A stretch of 64,000 bases of DNA. Source: Nitrospinales bacterium. Lineage in GTDB: Bacteria > Nitrospinota > Nitrospinia > Nitrospinales > VA-1. Positions within the stretch are counted from its first letter, which is position 1. The number at the start of each line of letters is the position of its first letter. Of this stretch, positions 18,354-28,068 are shown one piece after another. Location of the stretch: NCBI GenBank assembly GCA_965223795.1, contig CBDCXL010000002.1:896001-960000 (forward strand). The letters are read 5' to 3'. The notes below the pieces were generated by a model that was not told the origin of the DNA, made no database searches, and saw nothing but the letters and a program-made list of their open reading frames with translations. The position numbers and the translations under genes were made by a program.

Positions 18354-19313
18354 ATGAAATCCAGTGTCTTTTTAAGAAGAGCCGCCGCCTACAACCTCGA
18401 TGCGGTGGAAGCGTTCGTGCGGGAAAGCCTCGATGGGCTTTTTCCGGAGGGACCGCCGTTCCGTTCCGGCGATGCGATCTTGCTGAAACCGAATCTGTTG
18501 CGCGGATTCGAGCCGGAGCGCTGCGTCACCACGCACCCGGTGATTCTGGAGGCGGTGATCCGGGTGCTGAAGGATCTTTCGGCAGGTTCGGTCACGGTGA
18601 GCGACAGCCCGGCGTTCGGCAGCCTGCATTCGGTGGCGCGCACCGCGGGCTACGCGCCGCTGGTGAAACGCTATGGACTGCGCATCGAACCGTTCACCGA
18701 CCCGACGCCGCTTGCAACCGATGCGGGCGTTTCGCACCTGAAAATCGCGGGTTCTCTGGACCGCTTCGACCACACGATCAATCTGCCCAAATTCAAGGCC
18801 CACTGCCAGATGACGCTGACGCTGTCGATCAAAAACCTGTTCGGCGTGGTCATCGGCAAACGCAAGCCGGTTCTGCACTGCCTGGTGAAAAACGACAAGG
18901 TCCGCTTCGGCCGGATGCTGATCGCCATCGCGCAGAAAGTGAACCCGGCGCTGACGCTGGTGGACGGCATCCAGGCCATGCAGGGGATGGGCCCCGCCAA
19001 CGGCACGCCCTACCCTCTGGGAATCCTGGCCGCGGGACGGGACATGACCGCGCTGGACCGCGTGCTCACGGAAATCGTGCAGGTGCCGCCGGAGCAGGTG
19101 TTCGCGCTGGAAGCGGCGCGCGCCCTGCAGTACGGCACGCATTCGCTGGAACACATCGAATTGCTGGGGGAGACGGACCTCAAATCCCTCGTCGTCCACG
19201 ATTTCAAGCTGCCGGAGCGGCCGATGGACATCTCCTTCAACCCGATCCGGGTGATGCGGTCGATTCTCAAGCAGTTTTATGAGGTGCGCGTGCGGGAGAG
19301 GACACAGCCGTAG
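18354..19313 (+). CDS. DUF362-domain protein
   Basis: LLKPNLL, TTHP, GDSPAFG-like SDSPAFG, INLPKFKAH, KNLFG, DGI.AM.G.GP; ATG at 18354 downstream of a TATAAT (18324-18329). Confidence 0.85.
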   Translation: MKSSVFLRRAAAYNLDAVEAFVRESLDGLFPEGPPFRSGDAILLKPNLLRGFEPERCVTTHPVILEAVIRVLKDLSAGSVTVSDSPAFGSLHSVARTAGYAPLVKRYGLRIEPFTDPTPLATDAGVSHLKIAGSLDRFDHTINLPKFKAHCQMTLTLSIKNLFGVVIGKRKPVLHCLVKNDKVRFGRMLIAIAQKVNPALTLVDGIQAMQGMGPANGTPYPLGILAAGRDMTALDRVLTEIVQVPPEQVFALEAARALQYGTHSLEHIELLGETDLKSLVVHDFKLPERPMDISFNPIRVMRSILKQFYEVRVRERTQP

Positions 19314-19359
19314 CCATCAATCCGTTTTTTCGATCCGCTTTCTTTGTGGGAGGAACGCT

Positions 19360-19710
19360 TCAGGACAGCGTGTTTCTGCGCACCGCGCCGCGTCTTGCAG
19401 GCGGCAGGCGGTTGTCGAAATTGATGGAGCAGCAGCCCAGATCCAGGCCGGTTTCCTTTTGGGTGAGGCGGTATTTTTCGGGATGGATGAAGTTGATCAC
19501 CCGGTTGCCTTCCCGGCGCGTGTCGACCAGACCCGAGGCGCGCAAAATGGAAAGGTGGTGCGACGCCTGCGGCTGCATCATGTCGAGAATGCGGACGATG
19601 TCGGACACGTTCTGCTCACCCTTGAGCAGAAGCCGCACGATTTTGAGCCGGGAATCGTCGCCCAGCGCTTTGAGGATACGGGCGCATTCGTCTGAAGGCG
19701 GGGTGGCCAT
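19360..19710 (-). CDS. ArsR/SmtB-family transcriptional regulator
   Basis: LKALGDDSRLKI, SHHL.ILR..GLV..RREG; C-terminal GCC. Confidence 0.9.
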   Translation of the reverse strand: MATPPSDECARILKALGDDSRLKIVRLLLKGEQNVSDIVRILDMMQPQASHHLSILRASGLVDTRREGNRVINFIHPEKYRLTQKETGLDLGCCSINFDNRLPPARRGAVRRNTLS

Positions 19711-19779
19711 AGCGGGTTCAGTATAGGGGGTCGCTATAAGGCGATCAAGTCATTATTAATCCTGCATCATGCCAGTGTC

Positions 19780-20343
19780 ATGAACCGGGAATCGATCGAT
19801 TCCAGTCAGTGGGTGGACCGTTACGGAGATCTGATGTATCGGTATACCCTGGTTCGGGTGAAAAACCCGGACGCCGCGGAGGAAATCGTGCAGACCACGC
19901 TTTTTTCGGCCCTGCAGTCGGTGAATTCCTTCGAGGGCCGCTCTTCGGAAAAAAGCTGGCTGTTCGGCATCCTCAAGCACAAGATCCTCGATCACTTCCG
20001 CGAGGTGAAAAAAACCCGCAATTTCAACCTGATGCCCGACGACGACGCGGACCCGTTTGAGTACGACGCCGGCGGCCACTGGAAGGAGATGCCGCAGAAA
20101 TGGGATTTCGACCCGGAAAAAGCGGCGGAAAATCAACAATTGTCACAGGCGCTGGCGCATTGCCTGGCGGGGCTCTCGGACAAGTTCCGCGACGTGTTCG
20201 TGCTCAAGGAAATCGAGGGTCTCAGCACGGAGCAGATCTGTAAGGAATTCAATATCAAGCCGACCAATCTGTGGGTCATCCTGCACCGGGCCCGCAACCT
20301 CCTGAAAAAATGCCTGGAGTCTCAATGGGTGAACAAACAATGA
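19780..20343 (+). CDS. ECF RNA polymerase sigma factor
   Basis: AEEIVQTT, FEGRSS..SWLFGILKHKI.D, VF.LKEIEGLST..IC, LHRAR; regions 2 and 4 only. Confidence 0.92.
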   Translation: MNRESIDSSQWVDRYGDLMYRYTLVRVKNPDAAEEIVQTTLFSALQSVNSFEGRSSEKSWLFGILKHKILDHFREVKKTRNFNLMPDDDADPFEYDAGGHWKEMPQKWDFDPEKAAENQQLSQALAHCLAGLSDKFRDVFVLKEIEGLSTEQICKEFNIKPTNLWVILHRARNLLKKCLESQWVNKQ

Positions 20344-20440
20344 GGGGGCGTCAAGCGCAGCGGGGGTGGTCGTTTTTTGCCATACCGGTGTCTGCGTGCC
20401 GGACTAGAACCATTGCCGCCGCACAGAGGGTTTGACTGCG

Positions 20441-20719
20441 ATGAAAAACTGCATTTTAAAGAAATTCAAACTCACCTGTGAGGACACGTCGCCTCTCATC
20501 TCGGAATCGATGGATCACCGGGTTCCGTTTCTCAAACGGATGCGGCTTAAAATCCATTTGGCCATGTGTGAAGTTTGCATGTATTATAAGAAACAACTGG
20601 AAACCATTAGAATACTGGCGCAAAACCTGGGCCGGGAGGACACTGGGCTGAGTCCGGATGTGGAGCTCAAACCGGATACCAAGGAAAAACTGAAAAAGAT
20701 GATCGAGGCGCGCGAATAG
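20441..20719 (+). CDS. zf-HC2 (ZAS) anti-sigma factor
   Basis: LTCEDTSPLISESMD...HLAMCEVC (Hx3Cx2C); directly downstream of the ECF sigma; soluble. Confidence 0.85.
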   Translation: MKNCILKKFKLTCEDTSPLISESMDHRVPFLKRMRLKIHLAMCEVCMYYKKQLETIRILAQNLGREDTGLSPDVELKPDTKEKLKKMIEARE

Positions 20720-20753
20720 CCTCTATTTTCTTTAATCTGAAAGGGTTCTTCTA

Positions 20754-21731
20754 ATGAACGAAAGACGATCGTGTTGTGATACAGACGAAACCAAGGAAGT
20801 TTCCAGGGAGGATGTCCGCGAATTTTACTCGAAAGCGGCCATTTCCACGCAGGAAAGCCTGTGCTGTCCCACACAATACAATGATCAGGACCTTTCGCAC
20901 ATTCCCGAGGAGGTGCGCAGCATCTCCTACGGCTGTGGCAGCCCGGTCAACCGCGCCGGCATCCGGACCGGGGAAACCATGGTGGACCTGGGCTCGGGCG
21001 GCGGCATCGACTGTTTCATCGCGGCGAAATTCGTCGGCGAAACCGGGCGCGTGGTCGGCATCGACATGACCGACGAAATGCTGGGGGTGGCCACCAAAAA
21101 CGCGGTCCGGGTCGGTGAAAACCTCGGATACAAAAACGTCGAATTCAAAAAAGGCTTCCTCGAAGCCATTCCGATGGAAGACGCGTCGGCGGACCTGGTC
21201 ACGTCCAACTGCGTCATCAATCTTTCGGTCAACAAAAACGAGGTGTTCAAGGAAATCCACCGCATCCTCAAGCCGGGCGGCCGGTTCGTGATCGCCGACA
21301 TCGTCTCGGAAAAACCGGTTCCCGATGCGATGCGCAACCAGGAGGAGTTGTGGGGCGAGTGCGTTTCGGGCGCGCTCACGCTCTCCGAGTTCCTCGATGC
21401 GGTGCGGCCCAACGGATTTCACGGCTTTCTGATCCAGAAGGATTACCTGTGGAAAGAGGTCGAGGGCATCAAATTCTATTCGTACACGATCGCCGCGCAC
21501 AAAGCCCCGGAAAACGAAGACGCCTGCTGCCCGGGAAATTTCACCGCCACCTACGCGGGACCGTTCGACGCCATCACGCACGAGGACACGACCTACCCGC
21601 TGGGCATGCCGGTGGCGGTGGATGCGGAACAGGCTGAGAAACTGCAGGCGCATCCCTACAACGGCCACTTCATCATCACCGACACCGAATCGGAAACTCC
21701 GGCGGAATCGGACACCTCCTGCTGCGGGTGA
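20754..21731 (+). CDS. ArsM-like (arsenite) SAM methyltransferase
   Basis: SLCCP, SYGCGSP, DLGSGGGID, GIDMT.EML, SNCVINL, WGECVSGA; extra CC pairs at both termini. Confidence 0.75.
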   Translation: MNERRSCCDTDETKEVSREDVREFYSKAAISTQESLCCPTQYNDQDLSHIPEEVRSISYGCGSPVNRAGIRTGETMVDLGSGGGIDCFIAAKFVGETGRVVGIDMTDEMLGVATKNAVRVGENLGYKNVEFKKGFLEAIPMEDASADLVTSNCVINLSVNKNEVFKEIHRILKPGGRFVIADIVSEKPVPDAMRNQEELWGECVSGALTLSEFLDAVRPNGFHGFLIQKDYLWKEVEGIKFYSYTIAAHKAPENEDACCPGNFTATYAGPFDAITHEDTTYPLGMPVAVDAEQAEKLQAHPYNGHFIITDTESETPAESDTSCCG

Positions 21732-21755
21732 GGCTTCTTCCCGCCTGAGGGGAAC

Positions 21756-22748
21756 GTGACCCGGAACCGGTTTTTAAAGCTCCTCCTGTACGCGCTGGCC
21801 GCTCTGGCCTGGGTTCCGGCGAAAGCGCTGGCGGACATGGTGCCGCGCGTTTTCAAAACCCGCAAGCGCACGCTTCCCATCACACCCGTTCATGAGTTTT
21901 ATGTCGAGGATTATTCCGGTCCTCCGGATTCGCTCAAGCAGGGCGCGGAGCACTGGCGCCTGCGCATCACCGGCAAGGTCGACCGGCCGCTCACTCTCAA
22001 TTACCCGGACATCCTCAAACGCCCCTCGGTCAAGCGGATCATTACCCTGAACTGCATCGGCAATCCGGTGGGCGGACAGGCGATCGGCACCGCGGAGTGG
22101 CAGGGCCTCGCGCTGCGCGATCTCATCGATGACGCGGACCCGCATTTTTTTTCCAACACACTCATCCTCAAAGCCGAGGACGGCTACCACGAAAGCATTC
22201 CCCTGAAAAAAGCCCGGCATCCCGGCGCGATGCTCGCCTACAAAATGAACGGCGAACCACTCACGCTCGACCACGGCTTCCCGCTGCGCCTGCTGATTCC
22301 GGGGCTGTACGGCATCAAGCAGATGAAATGGATCCACACGATCGAGGTCGGCAACCGGCCGCATCAGGGCTACTGGCAGAAACGCGGCTGGTCGAAAAAA
22401 GCGCGCGTGAAAATCTTTTCGCGCATCGACGCGCCGGAAAACGATCAAACCCTGCACTCGCGCAAAACGGAGGTGCACGGCATCGCGTTCGCCGGCGATA
22501 GGGGCATCCAGTACGTGCAGGTTTCGGTGGACGGGGAAAAGACCTGGAAGCTGGCAACGCTCAAGCCGCCGCAGTCCCGCTACTCCTGGGTGTTCTGGTC
22601 GTGCGCGGTCACCTTTCCCGGACCGGGGACGCACCGGCTTGCCGTGCGCGCGGCGGACCTGTACAGCGGCCTGCAGCGGGACGATCTGCGCGACCCCTTC
22701 CCTTCCGGCACGTCGGGCATCCACCGCATCTCGGTGAACGTGGTCTGA
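21756..22748 (+). CDS. Sulfite oxidase-family molybdopterin oxidoreductase
   Basis: FYV, TLNCIGN (Mo-ligand Cys), MNGEPL..DHGFPLRL..PG.YG.K..KW; dimerisation domain; Tat-like N-terminus TRNRFLK. Confidence 0.88.
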   Translation: MTRNRFLKLLLYALAALAWVPAKALADMVPRVFKTRKRTLPITPVHEFYVEDYSGPPDSLKQGAEHWRLRITGKVDRPLTLNYPDILKRPSVKRIITLNCIGNPVGGQAIGTAEWQGLALRDLIDDADPHFFSNTLILKAEDGYHESIPLKKARHPGAMLAYKMNGEPLTLDHGFPLRLLIPGLYGIKQMKWIHTIEVGNRPHQGYWQKRGWSKKARVKIFSRIDAPENDQTLHSRKTEVHGIAFAGDRGIQYVQVSVDGEKTWKLATLKPPQSRYSWVFWSCAVTFPGPGTHRLAVRAADLYSGLQRDDLRDPFPSGTSGIHRISVNVV

Positions 22749-22795
22749 ATTCGGGACGCGGCCGGATTAGAAATCCTTACATTGTTACTTGCATT

Positions 22796-22923
22796 GAGAT
22801 CTTTGCATAAGTCAGGCGTTAAGAAAAAATAAAACTCGTTGTCACCCTGAGCTTGTCGAAGGGTGGACGATATCATGCTTCGACAGGCTCAGCATGACAG
22901 CATGGGACTTATGCAAAGATCTC
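22796..22923. mobile_element. MITE-like element with perfect 18-bp terminal inverted repeats
   Basis: GAGATCTTTGCATAAGTC (22796-22813) and GACTTATGCAAAGATCTC (22906-22923); non-coding, between convergent genes. Confidence 0.6.
22840..22899. repeat. REP-like palindrome nested in the MITE-like element
   Basis: TGTCACCCTGAGCTTGTCGAAG pairs with CTTCGACAGGCTCAGCATGACA. Confidence 0.75.
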
Positions 22924-22934
22924 GACATTCAAAC

Positions 22935-23654
22935 TCATGACGAAGCTTTGAGGCGAGAGGCGGCGGCCCGGTCGAGGAACCATTCGAGTCGTCCGTCTTC
23001 GGGCTTGACATTTGCGGCGGGATAGGCGGAGGCATCCGCGTTTAAAATTTCGCTCACGATGGCGGCCTTGTTTTCGCCGGTGACGATGAAGCTCACGCGT
23101 TTGGCGCGGTTGAGCACGCCGGCGGTGAGGGTGATGCGCTGTTGCCCGGTATCAGGATGACGGGCGACGGCGCAGACTCCGGACGGCTCCGCTTGAGATT
23201 CATCACCCGGAAACAGGGAAGCGGTGTGGCCGTCCTCGCCGAGGCCGAGCAGGACCCAGTCGAAACGGGGCGTTTCCGACGCAGCGGTTTTGAGCGCCGC
23301 GCGGATCTCGGCGGCATAGCGTTGCGCTTCTTCGTGCGGGTCGTTCTCGCCGCGGATGCGGTGGAGGTTGGCGGCGGGAATGTCGATCGCGTTGATGAGC
23401 GCTTCGCGCACCATGGCGAAGTTGCTTTCGGCATGGTCCGGCGGCACGCAGCGTTCGTCGCCCCAGTAAAGATGCACGCGCCTCCAGTCGATTGCAGTGG
23501 CCTGTCCGGCGACGGTGCGGTAGACGCGCTTCGGCGTCGAGCCCCCGGCGAGGGCGATGTGCACCGAATCTTTTGCCGATTCAGCCATCTCGCGCCAGAT
23601 GGCGGCGACGGCGCTGGCGACGGCGGGCGGATCGTTATAGACGTGCGTTTCCAC
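22935..23654 (-). CDS. pgl: 6-phosphogluconolactonase
   Basis: ALAGGSTP, WGDERCVPPDH.ESN, LGLGEDGHTASLFP. Confidence 0.95.
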   Translation of the reverse strand: METHVYNDPPAVASAVAAIWREMAESAKDSVHIALAGGSTPKRVYRTVAGQATAIDWRRVHLYWGDERCVPPDHAESNFAMVREALINAIDIPAANLHRIRGENDPHEEAQRYAAEIRAALKTAASETPRFDWVLLGLGEDGHTASLFPGDESQAEPSGVCAVARHPDTGQQRITLTAGVLNRAKRVSFIVTGENKAAIVSEILNADASAYPAANVKPEDGRLEWFLDRAAASRLKASS

Positions 23655-23660
23655 TGCGGC

Positions 23661-25199
23661 TCACAATTCGCACACCGCGCCGTCGTCGACGAGGTTTTTG
23701 CAGGGATAACGCCATTCGATGCCGTGCTCGGCGAACAGGGCGCTGGCTTCGTGCGGTCCCCAGGTGCCGGCGGGATAGCCGTACACTTTGAGGTCGGGGG
23801 AGGACTCCCAGGCTTTCAGGATCGGGTCGAGGAAGCGCCAGCACGCTTCCACCGCGTCCTCGCGGGCGTAGAGGGTCGCGTCCCCGAGCATGCAGTCGAG
23901 CAGCAGCCGCTCGTAGGCGGAGGCGACGCGCGTGTCGGACAGCGTGGCGTAATGAAAATCCATGTTGACGCTCTGCACGTGGAATCCGGCGCCGGGCAGT
24001 TTGAGCGCGAACTTCAGCACGATGCCCTCGTTGGGCTGGATGCGCATGATCAACTGGTTGAGCCCCGCGTGTTCGCGGCTCTCCTCGGCGAACAGAAAAT
24101 GCGGCGTGGGTTTGAAATGGATCGCCACTTCCGTCACGCGTGTGGGCAGGCGTTTTCCGGCGCGGATGTAAAAGGGAACGCCGCCCCAGCGCCAGTTGTC
24201 CACGAACACTTTGAGCGCCGCAAAGGTTTCGGTGCGGGAGTCGGGTGCGATGCCCTCTTCCTCCCGGTAGGCGGGCAGGATTTTACCGTCGATGACGGAC
24301 GCGGTGTACTGCCCGCGCACGACGAACTTGCTGACATCCTCGCCGGCGATTTTCCGCAGCGATTGAAACACCTTGACGGTCTCGTTGCGCACCGCCGTCG
24401 AATCGAACGAGGACGGCGATTCCATGGCGACGACGCCCAGCACCTGCAGCAGATGGTTCTGCACCATGTCGCGCAGCGCTCCGGCGCTCTCGTAATACTG
24501 CCCGCGTCCTTCGACGCCGATGTCTTCCGCGGCGGTGATCTCGACATGATGGATGTAGTTGCGGTTCCACAGCGGTTCGAAGATGCCGTTGGCAAAACGG
24601 AAGACCAGAATGTTCTGCACGGTTTCCTTGCCGAGGTAATGATCGATGCGGTAGATCTGGTTTTCGCGGAACACGCGGCGCGTGGTCTTCATGAGTGCGA
24701 GCGCGGAATCGAGATCGTAACCGAACGGCTTTTCGATGATCAGCCGCTTCCATTTCCGGGTGGCGGAATCCTCTTTTTCCAGTCCTTTTGCGCCCAGGTT
24801 CTTGATGATGGTTTCATAGGTGCTGGGCGGCACCGATAGGTAATAGATGTAATTGCCGCCAATCTGGTTTTTCGTGTCCAGCGTTTTCAGCTTTGTTTTG
24901 AGATCGCCGAAACTCTTGGCGCTGTTCGTGTCGATGGACAGGTAATTGAACTTTTTGACGAACGCCTTGAGTTCCTTTTCGTCGCCGAGATCCCCGGCGA
25001 AAAACTCTTTCACGCTGTCGGTCATGCGGGTGCGGAACTTCGCCTCCGAAAGCTTGGAGCGGCCGACGCCCAGCACCGCGAACTGTTCGGGAAGCAGGCC
25101 CTGCAGGTGCAGGTCGAACAGGGACGGGACGAGCTTGCGTTTGGTAAGGTCGCCGGAAGCACCGAAGATGACGAGTATGCAATTGTCCGGTCGATCCAT
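23661..25199 (-). CDS. zwf: Glucose-6-phosphate 1-dehydrogenase
   Basis: GASGDLT.RKL, EKPFG, RIDHYLGKE, RDMVQNH. Confidence 0.97.
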   Translation of the reverse strand: MDRPDNCILVIFGASGDLTKRKLVPSLFDLHLQGLLPEQFAVLGVGRSKLSEAKFRTRMTDSVKEFFAGDLGDEKELKAFVKKFNYLSIDTNSAKSFGDLKTKLKTLDTKNQIGGNYIYYLSVPPSTYETIIKNLGAKGLEKEDSATRKWKRLIIEKPFGYDLDSALALMKTTRRVFRENQIYRIDHYLGKETVQNILVFRFANGIFEPLWNRNYIHHVEITAAEDIGVEGRGQYYESAGALRDMVQNHLLQVLGVVAMESPSSFDSTAVRNETVKVFQSLRKIAGEDVSKFVVRGQYTASVIDGKILPAYREEEGIAPDSRTETFAALKVFVDNWRWGGVPFYIRAGKRLPTRVTEVAIHFKPTPHFLFAEESREHAGLNQLIMRIQPNEGIVLKFALKLPGAGFHVQSVNMDFHYATLSDTRVASAYERLLLDCMLGDATLYAREDAVEACWRFLDPILKAWESSPDLKVYGYPAGTWGPHEASALFAEHGIEWRYPCKNLVDDGAVCEL

Positions 25200-25200
25200 A

Positions 25201-26097
25201 TCATTTCCTTTCCACGGAATGGCCGCCGAACTGATTGCGCAGGGCGGCGAGAACCTTCATGGAGAACGCATCCGGGTTGCGCGACTGAAACCGCGCCAGA
25301 AGGGACATCGTGATCACCGGCGCGGGCACGTCGAAATCCATCGCCGCCTGCACGGTCCAGCGTCCTTCGCCGCTGTCCTGCACGTAGGCCTTGAGATCGG
25401 AGAGCCTGGGGTCCTCGGCAAACGCCCGCTCGGCAAGCTCCAGAAGCCAGGAACGCACGACGCTGCCGTGCTGCCAGACCTTGCTGACCGCGTGGATGTC
25501 GAGATCGAAGGGGGATCGCTGCATGATCTCGAACCCCTCGGCGTAGGCCTGCATCATGCCGTATTCGATGCCGTTGTGCACCATCTTGACGAAATGGCCG
25601 GCGCCGGAAGACCCGCAGTAGAGGTAGCCGTCGGGCGGAGCCAGGGTTTTGAACACCGGTTCGAGATCCTTACAGGCGGCCGCGTCGCCCCCGGACATGA
25701 GGCAGTAGCCGTTCTTGAGCCCCCACACGCCGCCGCTGGTGCCGCAATCGACAAAGTGGATTCCCTTTTCCGCCAGCGCCTGCGCGCGCTTCTGGGTCTC
25801 CCGCCAGTTGGAATTGCCGCCGTCGATCAGGACGTCGCCTTTCTGCAATTTCGGGCTCAGTTCGGCGATCGTGTCGTCGACGGGAGCCCCGGCGGGGACC
25901 ATGAGCCAGATCATTTTGCGTTCGGGCAGTTGCCTGAGCAGATCGGTGGAAGAAGCGGAGCCGACAGCGCCCTTCCCGGCCGCGGTCTGCACGGTGTCCT
26001 GCGAGCGGTCGTACACCACCACTTCGTGACCTCCGTTCAACAGCCGCTCGACCATATTGCCGCCCATTTTGCCCAGCCCAATAAAACCGATTTTCAT
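25201..26097 (-). CDS. gnd: 6-phosphogluconate dehydrogenase, decarboxylating (short YqeC type)
   Basis: MKIGFIGLGKMG, DGGNS, GTSGG, VKMVHNGIEY, DSGEGRW, FGGH; ATG at 26097 with GGAGA RBS. Confidence 0.95.
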   Translation of the reverse strand: MKIGFIGLGKMGGNMVERLLNGGHEVVVYDRSQDTVQTAAGKGAVGSASSTDLLRQLPERKMIWLMVPAGAPVDDTIAELSPKLQKGDVLIDGGNSNWRETQKRAQALAEKGIHFVDCGTSGGVWGLKNGYCLMSGGDAAACKDLEPVFKTLAPPDGYLYCGSSGAGHFVKMVHNGIEYGMMQAYAEGFEIMQRSPFDLDIHAVSKVWQHGSVVRSWLLELAERAFAEDPRLSDLKAYVQDSGEGRWTVQAAMDFDVPAPVITMSLLARFQSRNPDAFSMKVLAALRNQFGGHSVERK

Positions 26098-26506
26098 GGT
26101 GCTCTCCTTCCTGCCGTCGCTTCGGACGTGAAAACCGGTGCGAAACGGCCGCGGGTCCGATCGATGCGTGTGAACGTGTTGTGATGCTGCAAGACGCGTT
26201 TCAAATTGTCTGTCACGGATTGTTATCGCAGAAATTGTCCCGAGTGAAAACGAATCGTTTCCGGCGCTGTTTCCCGGGCAACGGGTGAGGGGGAATGCCG
26301 GCGGGAAACTTCCGGCCGACATTCATTATACCCGTTACGGAGCTGTTTTTCAGGAAGGACTCGCGAGTCCCCGGTTTCATTGAATTCCAGCCTGACAATC
26401 GCAGTCCCGCGATCGGGCATAGATCGACATCAATGTATTTTTCCAGCCGCCTGTGTCTTCAGAGACCGGCCGATCATCTTAGCGATCCGGCTCCCGTGCA
26501 GCGGGT

Positions 26507-27202
26507 TCAGAGATCCGCCGCCGGGGCCGCGGCCTTTTTCTGCTTGAATTTTTTGTACAGGGTGGGGATGAGCGCGAACAGACCGAGCAGGGTGAACGCC
26601 CCCAGCACGCCCGGCGAGGCGATGTCGGAAAGCGATTCGATCGATGCGAGATTGCTGCCGGCGTTGGCGTACACGAAAGTCCCAGGCAGGGTGCCGAACA
26701 TCGTGCCGAAAAAGTAAACCGGAATATTAACGCGCGTCAATCCGGAGGCGAGGTTGACGAGGAAAAACGGGAACAGGGGCACCAGACGCAGAAACAGCAT
26801 GTAGTTGATCGCGTTGTTGGCAAACCCTTCGTTGAACGGCTTGAGCCTGTGGCCGTACTTTTCTTCCACCCAGTCGCGCAGCACGTACCGCGCCATCAGA
26901 AACGCCAGCGTCGCGCCGAGCGTCGCGCCGACGTTGGTCGCCAGGGTCCCGGTGATCGAACCGAAGACCGCGCCGCCCGCCAGGGTCATGATCGTGGCTC
27001 CCGGTAAAGACAGACCGGCCATGACGATGTAGATAAGGATGAACCCGCCGATCATGAGCGCCTGGTTCTCCTGGTAATACTCGTCCAGACGGACCTTGTT
27101 CTCCTTGAGGCTTTCGAGCGTCAGATAGCTTCCCAGGTCGAAGTGCACGAACAAACCGATGACCACCGCGATCACTGCAACCAGGATCCATTTCTTATTC
27201 AT
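26507..27202 (-). CDS. TVP38/TMEM64 (DedA/VTT domain) membrane protein
   Basis: SLPGA...LAGGAVFG, LRLVPLFPF.LVN, PGTFVY. Confidence 0.9.
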   Translation of the reverse strand: MNKKWILVAVIAVVIGLFVHFDLGSYLTLESLKENKVRLDEYYQENQALMIGGFILIYIVMAGLSLPGATIMTLAGGAVFGSITGTLATNVGATLGATLAFLMARYVLRDWVEEKYGHRLKPFNEGFANNAINYMLFLRLVPLFPFFLVNLASGLTRVNIPVYFFGTMFGTLPGTFVYANAGSNLASIESLSDIASPGVLGAFTLLGLFALIPTLYKKFKQKKAAAPAADL

Positions 27203-27344
27203 TGAAAGCTCTCCGTTAAAAATCCAGCGTCCGGGCGACCCGCCGCCGCAGGATCATCGATGTTGCCGTTCATAAAAGTCAAGATCGTGAGCGTCCTGCA
27301 TGCAGTTGCGCCCTGGAGGGTTCGGTCCGATTCAGGGGGCGTGG

Positions 27345-27872
27345 TTATTCGGGCTGAACCCCCAGGGCATCTGCAAATCGATTCACGTTGCAAAATAAAG
27401 AGGCCACCAGGGTGGCTTCGAGAATCTGCTGTTCGGTCCATCCGGCTTCCTTCAGCCCGTCCACGTCCGCATCGGTCACTTTGTGAGCGTGCCGGGTGGT
27501 TTTACCGGCAAATGCGAGCAGCTTTTTTTCCGCGTCGCGGATGGAGGCGGAAGCGGTGTCCGCAACCACTTCATCCGCGGTCTGCGGCGCCAGTCCGTGC
27601 GCCTTCATGCCGTTGTGGTGATGCCCGACGCAGTAGTCGCAATGATTGATCTTCGACACGACGGCGGCGATCATCTCTTTCTGAGCGCGCGTGAGCGTGG
27701 AGTCCTGGACCATGAGGGTGTCGATGAGCGACGCGTAGCCTGCGAGCGCCTCGGGCCAGGGACTCAGGACCTTGAATACGTTGGGGACGATGCCGAAACC
27801 GCTTTTCAGCGCGTCGTACACCGCTTTGACGGTGCCTTGCGCTTCTTCTTCCTGAACGGGTTGAATTCGCAT
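27345..27872 (-). CDS. AhpD/CMD-family peroxidase-related protein
   Basis: G.VPN, KEMIA..VS..NHCDYC..HH. Confidence 0.88.
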   Translation of the reverse strand: MRIQPVQEEEAQGTVKAVYDALKSGFGIVPNVFKVLSPWPEALAGYASLIDTLMVQDSTLTRAQKEMIAAVVSKINHCDYCVGHHHNGMKAHGLAPQTADEVVADTASASIRDAEKKLLAFAGKTTRHAHKVTDADVDGLKEAGWTEQQILEATLVASLFCNVNRFADALGVQPE

Positions 27873-28068
27873 GCTTTTCCTTTGCCGAGGTCACGGAAAA
27901 CAGCGGCGGACAACCGCATCCGTCTGTTATGGGTCGCGCACGGGACGCCAACCTTACAGGCCAATCCGCACGCTTGAGGTTTCTATTTTTAGGGGAATGG
28001 AGATGAAAAACAACGGAAAACGGGAGAGCGCCGGTGTTCGTGCGATGAGGCGGGCAACGCTGCGGCGG

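Noticed and set aside
21729..21756. TGA read-through or selenocysteine fusing the ArsM-like gene to the in-frame molybdoenzyme
   Set aside because: The downstream gene has its own GAGGGG RBS and signal peptide, being in frame is a one-in-three coincidence, and the small hairpin is not a convincing SECIS.
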